A stretch of DNA of 64,000 nt from a virus. Its lineage: Duplodnaviria; Caudoviricetes. The stretch is taken from positions 1 to 64,000 of the IMG/VR virus record IMGVR_UViG_3300045526_000254. One strand, 5' to 3'. Of this stretch, positions 31,011 to 40,491 are shown piece by piece. The notes below the pieces were generated by a model, which was not told where the DNA came from, made no database searches, and saw only the letters and a program-made list of their open reading frames with translations. Each line of letters opens with the position of its first letter. The first letter of the stretch is position 1. Both the position numbers and the translations under genes were made by a program.

Positions 31011-32687
31011 ATGGCAAAACTTTTTGGTTTTTCAATTGAGGATAATAATACAAAACCCAAATCTGTAGTTTCCCCCGTTCCTCCAAATAATGAGGACGGG
31101 GTTGATTATTTTATTCAATCTGGATTTTATGGACAATATGTAGATATCGAAGGGGTATATCGAACAGAATATGATTTGATTCGTAGATATCGTGAAATGG
31201 CCCTTCATCCTGAATGTGATGGTGCAATTGAAAGTGTTGTAAACGAAGCTATAGTTAGTGATCTTTATGATTCTCCTGTTGAAATTGAACTTTCAAATTT
31301 AAATGCAAGTGACAGACTAAAGGAAATTATAAGAACAGAATTTAAATCCATCAAAGAGATGATGGATTTTGACAAAAAATGCCACGAAATTTTTAGAAAT
31401 TGGTACATTGATGGAAGATTATTTTATCTAAAAGTCATAGATCAAAAAAAACCTGATAATGGGATTCAAGAGTTGAGATACATTGATCCTATGAAAATAA
31501 AACATGTTCGTCAGGAAAAGAAACCTCAAGGATCAAACATTAATCCAACAAGAAATTTAAATTTAGTTTCTTTGGATAATGAATATCAGGGATTTCCTGA
31601 AATTGAAGAATATTTCATATACACTCCTACACCAAATTTTCCATCAGGGACAATAAGTGGTGGGTCAAAAAAAGGAATTAAAATAGCAAAGGATTCTATT
31701 ACATATTGTACTTCTGGACTAGTTGATAGAAACAAAGGGACAATTCTTTCATATCTTCATAAAGCAATTAAGTCTCTTAATCAACTTAGAATGATTGAAG
31801 ATTCCTTAGTAATCTACAGATTATCTAGAGCACCTGAACGTAGAATTTTTTATATTGATGTTGGAAACTTGCCAAAGGTTAAGGCAGAACAATATCTTAA
31901 AGAAGTAATGAGTCGATATCGTAATAAGTTAGTTTATGATGCCAATACCGGAGAAGTTCGTGATGATCGAAAGTTCATGAGTATGCTAGAAGATTTTTGG
32001 CTTCCAAGAAGAGAGGGTGGTAGAGGAACTGAAATTACCACTCTTCCAGGTGGTCAAAATCTTGGAGAACTTACTGATATTGAATATTTTCAGAAAAAAT
32101 TATATAGATCTCTTGGAATACCAGAAACAAGAATTGCCGGTGGTGGTGATGGGTTTAATCTTGGAAGATCATCAGAAATTCTTCGTGATGAATTGATGTT
32201 TTCTAAATTTGTTGGACGTTTGAGAAAAAGATTTTCAAATTTGTTTAATGATATACTTCGCACACAACTTCTTTTAAAAAATGTAGTTTCCCCAGAAGAC
32301 TGGGATAAAATGAGTGATCATATTCAATACGATTTCTTATATGATAATCATTTTGCCGAACTTAAAGAAGCTGAGTTATTGACAAATAGACTAACTCTTG
32401 CAACTACAATCGAACCTTTTATTGGAAAATATTATTCAACCGAATACGTTCGTAAAAAAATTCTTCGTCAAACTGATTCTGAAATTATTGAAATTGATCT
32501 TCAAATAGAAGATGAAATATCAAAAGGTATCTTGCCAGATCCAAATGCCCAAGTAGATGAGAATGGAAATCCAATTCCAGTTGAAGGACAAGACATTGAA
32601 CAGGGTATGAATGGAGAAGTTCCGATAGAACAATCAATAGACACTTCATCCATGGAAATTCCTGAACCAAAAGGCGGGAAGATATAA
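31011..32687 (+). CDS. gp20: Portal protein gp20
   Basis: YREMALHPECD, WYIDGR, IYRLSRAPERRIFYIDVGNLPK, EDFWLPRREGGRGTEITTLPGGQNLG. Confidence 0.98.
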   Translation: MAKLFGFSIEDNNTKPKSVVSPVPPNNEDGVDYFIQSGFYGQYVDIEGVYRTEYDLIRRYREMALHPECDGAIESVVNEAIVSDLYDSPVEIELSNLNASDRLKEIIRTEFKSIKEMMDFDKKCHEIFRNWYIDGRLFYLKVIDQKKPDNGIQELRYIDPMKIKHVRQEKKPQGSNINPTRNLNLVSLDNEYQGFPEIEEYFIYTPTPNFPSGTISGGSKKGIKIAKDSITYCTSGLVDRNKGTILSYLHKAIKSLNQLRMIEDSLVIYRLSRAPERRIFYIDVGNLPKVKAEQYLKEVMSRYRNKLVYDANTGEVRDDRKFMSMLEDFWLPRREGGRGTEITTLPGGQNLGELTDIEYFQKKLYRSLGIPETRIAGGGDGFNLGRSSEILRDELMFSKFVGRLRKRFSNLFNDILRTQLLLKNVVSPEDWDKMSDHIQYDFLYDNHFAELKEAELLTNRLTLATTIEPFIGKYYSTEYVRKKILRQTDSEIIEIDLQIEDEISKGILPDPNAQVDENGNPIPVEGQDIEQGMNGEVPIEQSIDTSSMEIPEPKGGKI

Positions 32688-32690
32688 ATA
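32683..32690 (+). promoter_or_regulatory. Late promoter TATAAATA
   Basis: Exact consensus overlapping the gp20 stop. Confidence 0.75.
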
Positions 32691-32715
32691 ATTTCATAAT
32701 TATAACACAGTTTTT

Positions 32716-32883
32716 ATGGAAGAAGTTATCGACTTGATTGCAACTGATGGTTCTCCATCAGATATATCTGACAAGATTAAAGAGTTACTATATTCTAAAT
32801 CTGCAGAAAAAATAGATTCTGTTCGCCCTGAAGTTGCATCACTGATGTTTGGTGATGATGATACATCTGGAGATCAAGAATAA
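32716..32883 (+). CDS. 55-aa acidic protein, positional gp67-like prohead core protein (absent from ORF track)
   Basis: MEEVIDLIATDGSPSDISDKIKELLYSKSAEKIDSVRPEVASLMFGDDDTSGDQE; follows a late promoter; TAATG-coupled to the next gene; occupies the T4 gene 67 position. Confidence 0.6.
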   Translation: MEEVIDLIATDGSPSDISDKIKELLYSKSAEKIDSVRPEVASLMFGDDDTSGDQE

Positions 32884-33410
32884 TGGCAATAAAAATAGTA
32901 CAAAAAGTAGGAAGAATTTCTCCTACAGTTTCTGTAGCTGCAACAAGCAATCCAATTGCTTTAAAAAGTGGATATATTAGAGTTGCAACTGGTTTGACTG
33001 GCGTTTATATCGAAAGCGGTGAAAATCCAATAGTTAGCACTGATTCTTTTTATATTTCACCTTATGGTAATGAAGTAATAAAGGAGAGACTGGCAAAACA
33101 AAAAATTGTAGGAATAACCACAGGTTCTTCCACTGTAGTGACTTTTGCCGCAAATTCAGGAAATCCTTTTGTAGTTGGGGATTATGTAACGATTGAAAAT
33201 GCTCAACCTGTAGGAATTAATACTGTTCATAGAGAAGTTATAGCAACTACAGATTCTTCCGTAACTATTTTAGCAAATACTGCATCTATCGTTGGAGTAA
33301 TTACTACAACGAATGCCATTTTGTCTAGAAGTGTAAAGATTGCAGCTCTTGCAGATGGTGCGGCAGCAAATGTAAGTATTACAGAAATTGTTCAATTAGT
33401 TTCCGAGTAA
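32883..33410 (+). CDS. Hypothetical structural protein
   Basis: 175 aa, beta-rich, in the late operon between portal and protease. Confidence 0.65.
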   Translation: MAIKIVQKVGRISPTVSVAATSNPIALKSGYIRVATGLTGVYIESGENPIVSTDSFYISPYGNEVIKERLAKQKIVGITTGSSTVVTFAANSGNPFVVGDYVTIENAQPVGINTVHREVIATTDSSVTILANTASIVGVITTTNAILSRSVKIAALADGAAANVSITEIVQLVSE

Positions 33411-33412
33411 AA

Positions 33413-34063
33413 ATGAAACTCATCACAGAAGAAGCACAAAAAGTTAAGTTCATTATCGAAGGCAAAGGTAATGATAAAAAAATGTTTATTGAAGGTATCT
33501 TCCTTCAAGGAAATATTTGCAATCGTAATGGAAGAATGTATCCAATGGAAACTCTTTCACGCGAAGTTCGCAGATATACCGAGTCTTTCGTTAATAAAGG
33601 ACGTGCATTGGGAGAACTTGGACATCCTGATGGACCAACGGTAAATCTTGATCGCGTTTCCCATAAAATTGTATCTCTTACTTGTGAAGGATCTAATTTT
33701 AGAGGTAAGGCACAACTGCTTGAAACCCCAATGGGTAAGATTGCAAAATCTCTTATTTCTGAGGGAGTAACTCTTGGTGTTTCTTCCCGTGGTGTTGGTT
33801 CACTTAGAATGACTAACGAAGGTCATAAAATTGTTGGTGAAGATTTCATGCTTGCAACTGCCGCTGATATTGTTGCAGATCCTTCTGCACCTGATGCTTT
33901 TGTCCAAGGAATCATGGAAGGAAAAGAATGGGTTTGGGAAGGAGGAATTCTTCGTGAAAAACTTGCAGAGTCAACAAGGCATAAAATTAATACCTTAGTT
34001 GACCAGAAAAGACTTGAAGAACATAAATTAAATCTTTTTAATGAATTTCTTTTAAATCTTTAA
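33413..34063 (+). CDS. gp21: Prohead protease gp21
   Basis: NRNGRMY, ALGELGHP, VSHKI, GVSSRGVGS, DIVADPSAPDA. Confidence 0.96.
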   Translation: MKLITEEAQKVKFIIEGKGNDKKMFIEGIFLQGNICNRNGRMYPMETLSREVRRYTESFVNKGRALGELGHPDGPTVNLDRVSHKIVSLTCEGSNFRGKAQLLETPMGKIAKSLISEGVTLGVSSRGVGSLRMTNEGHKIVGEDFMLATAADIVADPSAPDAFVQGIMEGKEWVWEGGILREKLAESTRHKINTLVDQKRLEEHKLNLFNEFLLNL

Positions 34064-34065
34064 AT

Positions 34066-34073
34066 TATAAATA
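34066..34073 (+). promoter_or_regulatory. Late promoter TATAAATA
   Basis: Exact consensus upstream of gp22. Confidence 0.8.
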
Positions 34074-34102
34074 AATATAGATTATAACACAAACAATCTA
34101 AA

Positions 34103-35281
34103 ATGTCCGTTGGTAGAAATTTACAAGAAATGGAAAACGTAGTAACCAAAGGGGCTGCACCTGCCGATCCAATGAAGTCAATTGCACAAAATGCATCTGG
34201 AGTAATGATTCCAGGACAAACTGGTGCATGGGAAGATTTGGGTGGTCCTACCCCAGAAAATTATCGCCCAGATGATAATTCTGCAACACTCAAAACACCA
34301 GGAGCAACTCTTGCTCAGGTAAGAGACGTTGTAAATGCCAAGGCAGCAGCAGCAGAAGCTCCTCATACTTCCGCAACTCCTGCTCCAACTCCAGGACAAG
34401 GAGTAAAGGAAGAAAACGAAGAAGATGAAGATCTTGTTGATGAAGAAGAATATGATGAAGATGAAGAAGTAGTTGCAGAAGCTGCCGACGAAGATGAGGA
34501 AGATGAAGATGAGGAAGATGAAGATGAAGATAAAGTAGAAGAAGAGTTTGATATTGAAGAAGATGTCAATGCTCTTCTTGAAGGAGAAGATCTTTCTGAA
34601 GAGTTCCAAGAAAAAGCACGTACAATTTTTGAAGCGGCAATTCGTTCAAAGGTTGCCGACATTAAAGAAGAACTTCAAGAAACTTATGAAAATGCTCTTA
34701 TTGAAGAAGTTCAGTTTATTAAGGAAGAACTTACAGAAAGACTTGATTCCTATCTTGAATATGTTGCCGATGAGTGGATTCAAGAAAATGCACTCGCAAT
34801 CGAGCACGGTCTCAAGACCGAAATGACTGAATCATTCCTCCAAGGAATGAAGAGTCTTTTTGAAGATCATTATGTAACAATCCCTGAAGATAGATATGAT
34901 GTAATCGAGAGTATGGTAGATAAACTTGATGAAATGGAAGAAAAACTCAACGAGCAAATCGAAAGAAATGTTGCTCTTAATAGAAGATTAGCAGAGTCGG
35001 TTGCTGATGTAATTTTTGCAGATGTCGCTGAGGGTCTTGCACTTTCTCAGAAAGACAAACTCGCTTCTCTTGCCGAAAATGTTGAGTTTGATAGTGAAGA
35101 AAACTATCGTGAGAAACTAGTAACCCTGAGGGAATCATATTTCCCATCAACCACTGGTACTCAAAGAGATGACTCTGAAAACTTGTCAGAAGGTTTTTCA
35201 TATGATGGTCAAACATCATCTGAAGTTTCTCCAATAATGGAAGCATACCTTCAAACTCTCAGTAGAGTCGCTAAAAAGTGA
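34103..35281 (+). CDS. gp22: Prohead core scaffold gp22
   Basis: Very acidic; LSEEFQEKARTIFEAA, YLEYVADEW..EN, F....EGL...QKDKLASLAENVEF. Confidence 0.93.
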   Translation: MSVGRNLQEMENVVTKGAAPADPMKSIAQNASGVMIPGQTGAWEDLGGPTPENYRPDDNSATLKTPGATLAQVRDVVNAKAAAAEAPHTSATPAPTPGQGVKEENEEDEDLVDEEEYDEDEEVVAEAADEDEEDEDEEDEDEDKVEEEFDIEEDVNALLEGEDLSEEFQEKARTIFEAAIRSKVADIKEELQETYENALIEEVQFIKEELTERLDSYLEYVADEWIQENALAIEHGLKTEMTESFLQGMKSLFEDHYVTIPEDRYDVIESMVDKLDEMEEKLNEQIERNVALNRRLAESVADVIFADVAEGLALSQKDKLASLAENVEFDSEENYREKLVTLRESYFPSTTGTQRDDSENLSEGFSYDGQTSSEVSPIMEAYLQTLSRVAKK

Positions 35282-35332
35282 TTTTTAGATTATACAGTCA
35301 AACTAAAACTTTTTAAAAAGAGGTAAAATCAA

Positions 35333-36745
35333 ATGCAGATGTACAACGCTGAATATCTGCAGGAGAAGTGGGCACCAATCCTTGATTATCAAGGAATGGA
35401 TCCGATCAAAGATTCACATCGTAGATCTGTGACCGCTATCCTGCTAGAAAACCAAGAAAGAGAACTTCATGAAGAGCGTTCATTCCTTTATGAAGCTCCA
35501 ACTCAGTCTTTTGCCGGTGCCGGACTTCAAGGTGGTTATACCGGTAGTGGTGCAGGTACAGGTACTCCTGCCGCAGGTTTCGACCCCGTACTGATCTCAT
35601 TGATCCGTCGTTCGATGCCTAATCTGATCGCTTATGATCTTTGTGGCGTTCAACCAATGAACGGTCCTACTGGACTTATTTTTGCAATGCGTTCCCGCTA
35701 CAACAGTCAAACTGGTACTGAAACCTTCTACAATGAAGTAGATACTACTTTCTCTGCTCAGAACAAAGGTCGCAATCTTACCAACGGTTTTGTTAATGGT
35801 ACAGTTGGTTTAGGTACCACTAATAGTAGCGGACAAGGAACCAATCCATCAATTCTCGATGCTACCACAGGAAACCAACTCCAGTACACAACTGGCGAAG
35901 GTATGTCAACTAGCGAGTCTGAGGCATTGGGTGATGGTGGTACTAGCACCTACTTTAACGAGATGGCTTTCTCAATCGAGAAACTCACCGTTACCGCTAA
36001 GTCACGCGCACTGAAAGCTGAGTACTCACTCGAACTCGCACAAGACCTGAAGGCAATTCATGGTCTGAATGCTGAAGCGGAACTCGCAAACATTCTCTCA
36101 ACTGAGATTCTTGCCGAGATCAACCGCGAAATCATTCGTACCATCTATAAGGTTGCAGTTCCTGGCGCTCAGGTTAATACTGCCACTGCTGGTACTTTCG
36201 ACCTTGATGTTGACTCCAATGGTCGTTGGTCAGTTGAGAAGTTCAAGGGTCTGATTTTCCAAATCGAGCGTGATGCCAACGCTATTGCACAGCAAACTCG
36301 TAGAGGAAAGGGTAATATGATCCTTTGTTCTGCTGATGTTGCTTCTGCACTCACAATGGCAGGCGTTCTGGATTATACCCCAGCACTCAATGCAAACCTT
36401 CAAGTTGATGATACTGGTAATACTTTTGCCGGTGTTCTTCAGGGTAAGTATCGTGTTTATATCGATCCTTATTCTGCCAACGTTGCTGCTAATCAGTTCT
36501 ATGTTGTAGGTTATAAGGGTGCATCTCCTTATGATGCAGGTCTATTCTATTGTCCTTATGTTCCTCTCCAAATGGTTCGTGCCGTTGGTGAGCAGAGCTT
36601 CCAACCAAAAATTGGATTCAAGACTCGTTATGGAGTCGTTGCGAATCCATTTGCTAAGGGTGGTACTGAAGCTACTGCACCTGATAACATTACCACAAAC
36701 TCTAACGTTTATTACAGAAGAGTTAAGGTTGCAAATCTTATGTGA
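35333..36745 (+). CDS. gp23: Major capsid protein gp23
   Basis: EKWAPIL, GVQPMNGPTGLIFAMRS, RALKAEYSLELAQDLKAIHG, FQPKIGFKTRYG; gp21 site LYE|APT. Confidence 0.99.
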   Translation: MQMYNAEYLQEKWAPILDYQGMDPIKDSHRRSVTAILLENQERELHEERSFLYEAPTQSFAGAGLQGGYTGSGAGTGTPAAGFDPVLISLIRRSMPNLIAYDLCGVQPMNGPTGLIFAMRSRYNSQTGTETFYNEVDTTFSAQNKGRNLTNGFVNGTVGLGTTNSSGQGTNPSILDATTGNQLQYTTGEGMSTSESEALGDGGTSTYFNEMAFSIEKLTVTAKSRALKAEYSLELAQDLKAIHGLNAEAELANILSTEILAEINREIIRTIYKVAVPGAQVNTATAGTFDLDVDSNGRWSVEKFKGLIFQIERDANAIAQQTRRGKGNMILCSADVASALTMAGVLDYTPALNANLQVDDTGNTFAGVLQGKYRVYIDPYSANVAANQFYVVGYKGASPYDAGLFYCPYVPLQMVRAVGEQSFQPKIGFKTRYGVVANPFAKGGTEATAPDNITTNSNVYYRRVKVANLM

Positions 36746-36763
36746 GTTAATTCACATTTACTC

Positions 36764-36792
36764 AAGAGGGTTCTTCGGAACCCTCTTTTTTT
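36764..36792 (+). terminator. Rho-independent terminator with cUUCGg tetraloop
   Basis: AAGAGGGTTC-TTCG-GAACCCTCTT followed by a T run, directly after gp23. Confidence 0.92.
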
Positions 36793-36794
36793 AT

Positions 36795-36801
36795 CTAAAT
36801 A
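36795..36801 (+). promoter_or_regulatory. Late promoter variant CTAAATA
   Basis: Directly after the terminator, upstream of the 36813 ORF and gp3. Confidence 0.65.
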
Positions 36802-36812
36802 AAAATAAAAAG

Positions 36813-36983
36813 ATGAAAAGTTTTCAACAATTTCAAGAAGATCTTTCTAGAAATACAGTTCCTTTAGGTAAAAAGGAACAAGGAAATTTAAATCGTGCCA
36901 GACGTGGACAAATTGGACCAAGATCTACAGGTGTTCCACATCTTTCAATTAAATTAGTTCCTACAAATATACCAATGAAATAA
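36813..36983 (+). CDS. 56-aa basic protein with capsid-targeting-like N-terminus (MKSFQQFQE)
   Basis: True start inside track ORF 36519..36983, whose upstream part is only a gp23 shadow; own late promoter. Confidence 0.65.
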   Translation: MKSFQQFQEDLSRNTVPLGKKEQGNLNRARRGQIGPRSTGVPHLSIKLVPTNIPMK

Positions 36984-36985
36984 TA

Positions 36986-37531
36986 ATGGCAAATCCACTT
37001 GCAAATCAAATTTCAAATCGTAATTTTTTATCTCCGGTTGGATTTAAATTAACAATTGCAAAAGAACCAAAAGTAGCATTTTTTTGTAATTCGGCAAAAA
37101 TTCCAGATATTACTTTAGGTACGGAACCTCAAGATACTTATTTAAAGAGACTAGATGTACCCGGAAATATTATTACTTATGGAGACTTAGTAATTAGATT
37201 TTTAGTTGATGAAGATCTTGTTAATTACATGTGTGTCCATAATTGGATTACTGGACTAGGATTTCCAGAAACCGCCCAACAGTATAAAGATTTAATTACT
37301 AATGATGATGGATTATTAGATCCGAAGCAAGCATTTAGTGATGGTAGTCTTTATATTTTAAACAGTGATTATAATACGAACATAATTGTAAAATTTAAAG
37401 ATTTGTTTCCAGTATCATTAACACCACTAGATTTTGATGCCACAAAAAATGATATTGAATACTTTACAGCAGAGGTGGCTTTCAAGTATACTGTCTATAA
37501 TATTTTAGATAAAAACAATAAACCCTTATGA
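36986..37531 (+). CDS. gp3: Tail completion / sheath stabilizer gp3
   Basis: NRNFLSPVGFK, FFCNSAKIPDITLG, DEDLVNY..VHNWI, FKDLFPVSL..LDF. Confidence 0.85.
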   Translation: MANPLANQISNRNFLSPVGFKLTIAKEPKVAFFCNSAKIPDITLGTEPQDTYLKRLDVPGNIITYGDLVIRFLVDEDLVNYMCVHNWITGLGFPETAQQYKDLITNDDGLLDPKQAFSDGSLYILNSDYNTNIIVKFKDLFPVSLTPLDFDATKNDIEYFTAEVAFKYTVYNILDKNNKPL

Positions 37532-37959
37532 ATCTTGAAGAAATACAGGAGATGTGGCAGAGAGATTCTGTTATGGATCCTGATAATTTACATGATGAAT
37601 CTTTAAAAATTCCTCAACTTCATTCAAAGTATTATACCATTTACAATACTATCACTCTACTGAGAGAAAAGGCAAGAGAAACTTTTAATAAAGTACGTTT
37701 AGAACGCTACAATTACTACACAGGAAAGGCGCCAGCAGAAGTTTATGTGGAAGAACCATTTCCATATAAAGTTCGTGATAAAGAGGCATTACAGAGGCAT
37801 ATGGACGCAGATGAAAGATTGAATAAAATTGACCTCAAGATTCGATACTACGATATCATGCTTAAGTTTCTTGAGGAAATCATAAAGATGATTTCTAATC
37901 GCACATACCAAATTAAGAATAGTGTAGAATTTATGAAATTTACTGCCGGTTATAATTAA
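37528..37959 (+). CDS. uvsY: Recombination mediator UvsY
   Basis: MNLEEIQEMWQRDS, IPQLHSKY, YYTGKA, IS.R.YQIKN..EF.KF.AG. Confidence 0.9.
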   Translation: MNLEEIQEMWQRDSVMDPDNLHDESLKIPQLHSKYYTIYNTITLLREKARETFNKVRLERYNYYTGKAPAEVYVEEPFPYKVRDKEALQRHMDADERLNKIDLKIRYYDIMLKFLEEIIKMISNRTYQIKNSVEFMKFTAGYN

Positions 37960-37991
37960 TGGGATAAATATTCATAACTGATATGTTATGA

Positions 37992-39455
37992 ATGTCCCAT
38001 TTGATTATTTCAAAAAAGAATGAGGTGTTCCTTCAAGTAAAAGCAGAACCTCATGTCTATTATGAACTCTCAGACCAATTCACATTTGATGTCCCAAATG
38101 CAAAATTTGCTCCGGCATATAAGAACAAATGGTGGGACGGAAAAATTCGTTTATTTAATACCCAAACTGGAGAAATATACATTGGGTTATTAGATAAAAT
38201 TGTTCGTTTTTGTGAAAACCACAATTATACATACGAATTTAAAAATAATAAATTTTATGGACTTCCTTTTGAGGTAAATGAACGCATCTCAAAAGAAGGT
38301 GTAAAAGATTATATGAATTCTATATGCAAGTATGCTCCCCGTGAGTACCAAGTTGAGGGAGTATACGACGCTTTAAGACATAATCGCAAATTATTGATAT
38401 CTCCAACTGCTTCTGGAAAGTCGTTGATGATATACTCAATTGTGAGATATTACGTTGAGAAAGGACAAAATATTCTGATAGTCGTCCCGACGACATCCCT
38501 TGTAGAACAGATGTATAAAGACTTTGCAGATTATGGGTGGGACGTGGGTTCATATTGCCACAAAATATACGCTGGAAAAGAAAGAGAAACAGACTCTCAG
38601 GTGATTATCACTACCTGGCAGTCCATCTACAAACTTCCCCGTCAATACTTCTCAAGATTCAATGTGGTCGTTGGAGATGAAGCACACCAGTTTAAATCAA
38701 AGTCATTAGTATCTATAATGACAAAACTTTCTGATGCAAAATATCGTTTTGGATTTACCGGAACATTAGATGGATCTCAAACACACAAATGGGTTTTGGA
38801 AGGTTTGTTTGGACCATCTTATAAAATTATTCGCACTGATGAGTTAATGCAAAAAGGTCATGTTGCAACCTTAGATATTAATATTCTTCTACTCAAACAT
38901 TCACCTAATCGATTCGAAACTTTTGAGGATGAGGTTCAATATATTATTCGTCATGAAAGACGCAATAAATTTATAAAAAATCTTGCACTCGATCTTAAAG
39001 GAAATACTTTAATTCTCTTTTCAAGAGTTGAAGATCATGGACAACCTTTATATGAACTAATAAATAGTAGCAAGTTTGATAATCGTCAGGTGTTTTTTGT
39101 TCATGGTGGAGTGAGTACCGAAGACAGAGAAAATGTAAGAGCAATCACTGAAAATGAAGAGAATGCAATCATTGTGGCTTCATATGGTACTTTTAGTACG
39201 GGAATTAACATTAAAAATTTACATAATGTTATTTTTGCTTCACCTTCAAAATCTAAAATTCGTAATCTCCAATCAATTGGAAGAGTTTTAAGAAAAGGAA
39301 ACAACAAAACAAAAGCAATTTTATATGATATTGCCGATGACATTAGTTATAAATCAAGAAAAAATTATACTTTAAATCATCTAATTGAACGCATTAAAAT
39401 ATATAATGAAGAAAACTTTAATTACGATATTGTAAATATACCTTTTAAAGACTGA
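37992..39455 (+). CDS. uvsW: SF2 helicase UvsW
   Basis: SPTASGKS, GDEAHQF, GFTGTL, LQSIGRVLR. Confidence 0.96.
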   Translation: MSHLIISKKNEVFLQVKAEPHVYYELSDQFTFDVPNAKFAPAYKNKWWDGKIRLFNTQTGEIYIGLLDKIVRFCENHNYTYEFKNNKFYGLPFEVNERISKEGVKDYMNSICKYAPREYQVEGVYDALRHNRKLLISPTASGKSLMIYSIVRYYVEKGQNILIVVPTTSLVEQMYKDFADYGWDVGSYCHKIYAGKERETDSQVIITTWQSIYKLPRQYFSRFNVVVGDEAHQFKSKSLVSIMTKLSDAKYRFGFTGTLDGSQTHKWVLEGLFGPSYKIIRTDELMQKGHVATLDINILLLKHSPNRFETFEDEVQYIIRHERRNKFIKNLALDLKGNTLILFSRVEDHGQPLYELINSSKFDNRQVFFVHGGVSTEDRENVRAITENEENAIIVASYGTFSTGINIKNLHNVIFASPSKSKIRNLQSIGRVLRKGNNKTKAILYDIADDISYKSRKNYTLNHLIERIKIYNEENFNYDIVNIPFKD

Positions 39456-39862
39456 TGGGAGAAGAGTTTTACGCAATTATTAAACTAGTATCAGGAGAAG
39501 AAATTCTATCATTAATTATGATAGATGATAATGATAATGATCCAATCATAGTACTTCAAAATCCTGTGACAATGAAAATGCAACAAAATCAACATGGAAC
39601 TTTTCTAAAAGTAAAACCATGGATTGAAATGTCTGATGATGATTTTTTTATTATTAGACCTGATAAAGTTATTACAATGACTGAAACTAATGATAATAAA
39701 TTAATTGATATCTACAACAAATATATTACTGATGATGAAACTTTAGATGAACATAATTCATCAGGACAAGTAAAACCATCATCTAAGATGGGATATATTT
39801 CTTCTGTAGAAGATGCTCGTAAAAGACTTGAAGATTTATTTAAAGGCCTTAAAGAAAGCTAG
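39455..39862 (+). CDS. Conserved hypothetical protein (possibly Sm-like fold)
   Basis: IKLVSGEEIL...LQNP...KPW pattern; coupled to the uvsW stop. Confidence 0.7.
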   Translation: MGEEFYAIIKLVSGEEILSLIMIDDNDNDPIIVLQNPVTMKMQQNQHGTFLKVKPWIEMSDDDFFIIRPDKVITMTETNDNKLIDIYNKYITDDETLDEHNSSGQVKPSSKMGYISSVEDARKRLEDLFKGLKES

Positions 39863-39911
39863 ATTCTCATCTTCATCGGTAACAAACCTAGTCTACTTAG
39901 TTTTTAGTGTC

Positions 39912-39941
39912 TTGTCAAGCCCTTTATTTCTGTGCTATAAT
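39912..39941 (+). promoter_or_regulatory. Sigma70-type early/middle promoter for gp55
   Basis: TTGTCA-N18-TATAAT with a TG extension. Confidence 0.55.
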
Positions 39942-39972
39942 AAAGAAAAATTCAATAGATGAAACCAATGTT

Positions 39973-40491
39973 ATGCCAAAAAAGAAAACAGAACATTATG
40001 TAAATAATAAAGAACTATTGGAAGCTCTTATAGTCTATAGATCTAAAGTAGAATCCGATTTTTCTAAAAGAAATTCAAGACTTCCAACCAGGGAAGATAG
40101 AGCAAAACATTGGGATGGAAAACCACCAATTCCAAATTATTTGGGAGAGTGTTTTTTAAAGATTGCAACACACCTTTCTTATAAACCAAATTTTGTAAAT
40201 TATATGTTTCGTGAGGATATGATTTCTGATGGAATAGAAAATTGTGTTCAGTATATTCATAATTTTGATCCAGAAAAATCAAATAATCCTTTCGCATATT
40301 TTACTCAAATTATTCATTATGCTTTTTTGAGGAGAATTCAAAAGGAAAAAAAGCAATTAGATATTAAAACAAAAATTATTGAAAAAACTGGATATTCTGA
40401 AGTTATGATGATTGATGATAGTTTGCTTTCTGGACATAGTTCGGAGTATAATTCCATTAAAGACAATATTTCTTATCGTAATAATCGATGA
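39973..40491 (+). CDS. gp55: Late-transcription sigma factor gp55
   Basis: HYVNNKELL, YLGECFLKIA..LS.KPNF.NY, NPFAYFTQII..AF.RRI.KEKKQ; start reassigned to the ATG at 39973. Confidence 0.95.
   Translation: MPKKKTEHYVNNKELLEALIVYRSKVESDFSKRNSRLPTREDRAKHWDGKPPIPNYLGECFLKIATHLSYKPNFVNYMFREDMISDGIENCVQYIHNFDPEKSNNPFAYFTQIIHYAFLRRIQKEKKQLDIKTKIIEKTGYSEVMMIDDSLLSGHSSEYNSIKDNISYRNNR

Noticed and set aside
34178-34826. Reverse-strand and alternate-frame ORFs over gp22 (34178..34609, 34363..34662, 34548..34826)
   Set aside because: Low-complexity shadows of the GAA/GAT-rich acidic tract of the scaffold protein.
36519-36812. Upstream part of track ORF 36519..36983
   Set aside because: It overlaps gp23 and crosses its terminator; the real ORF starts at ATG 36813 after a late promoter.
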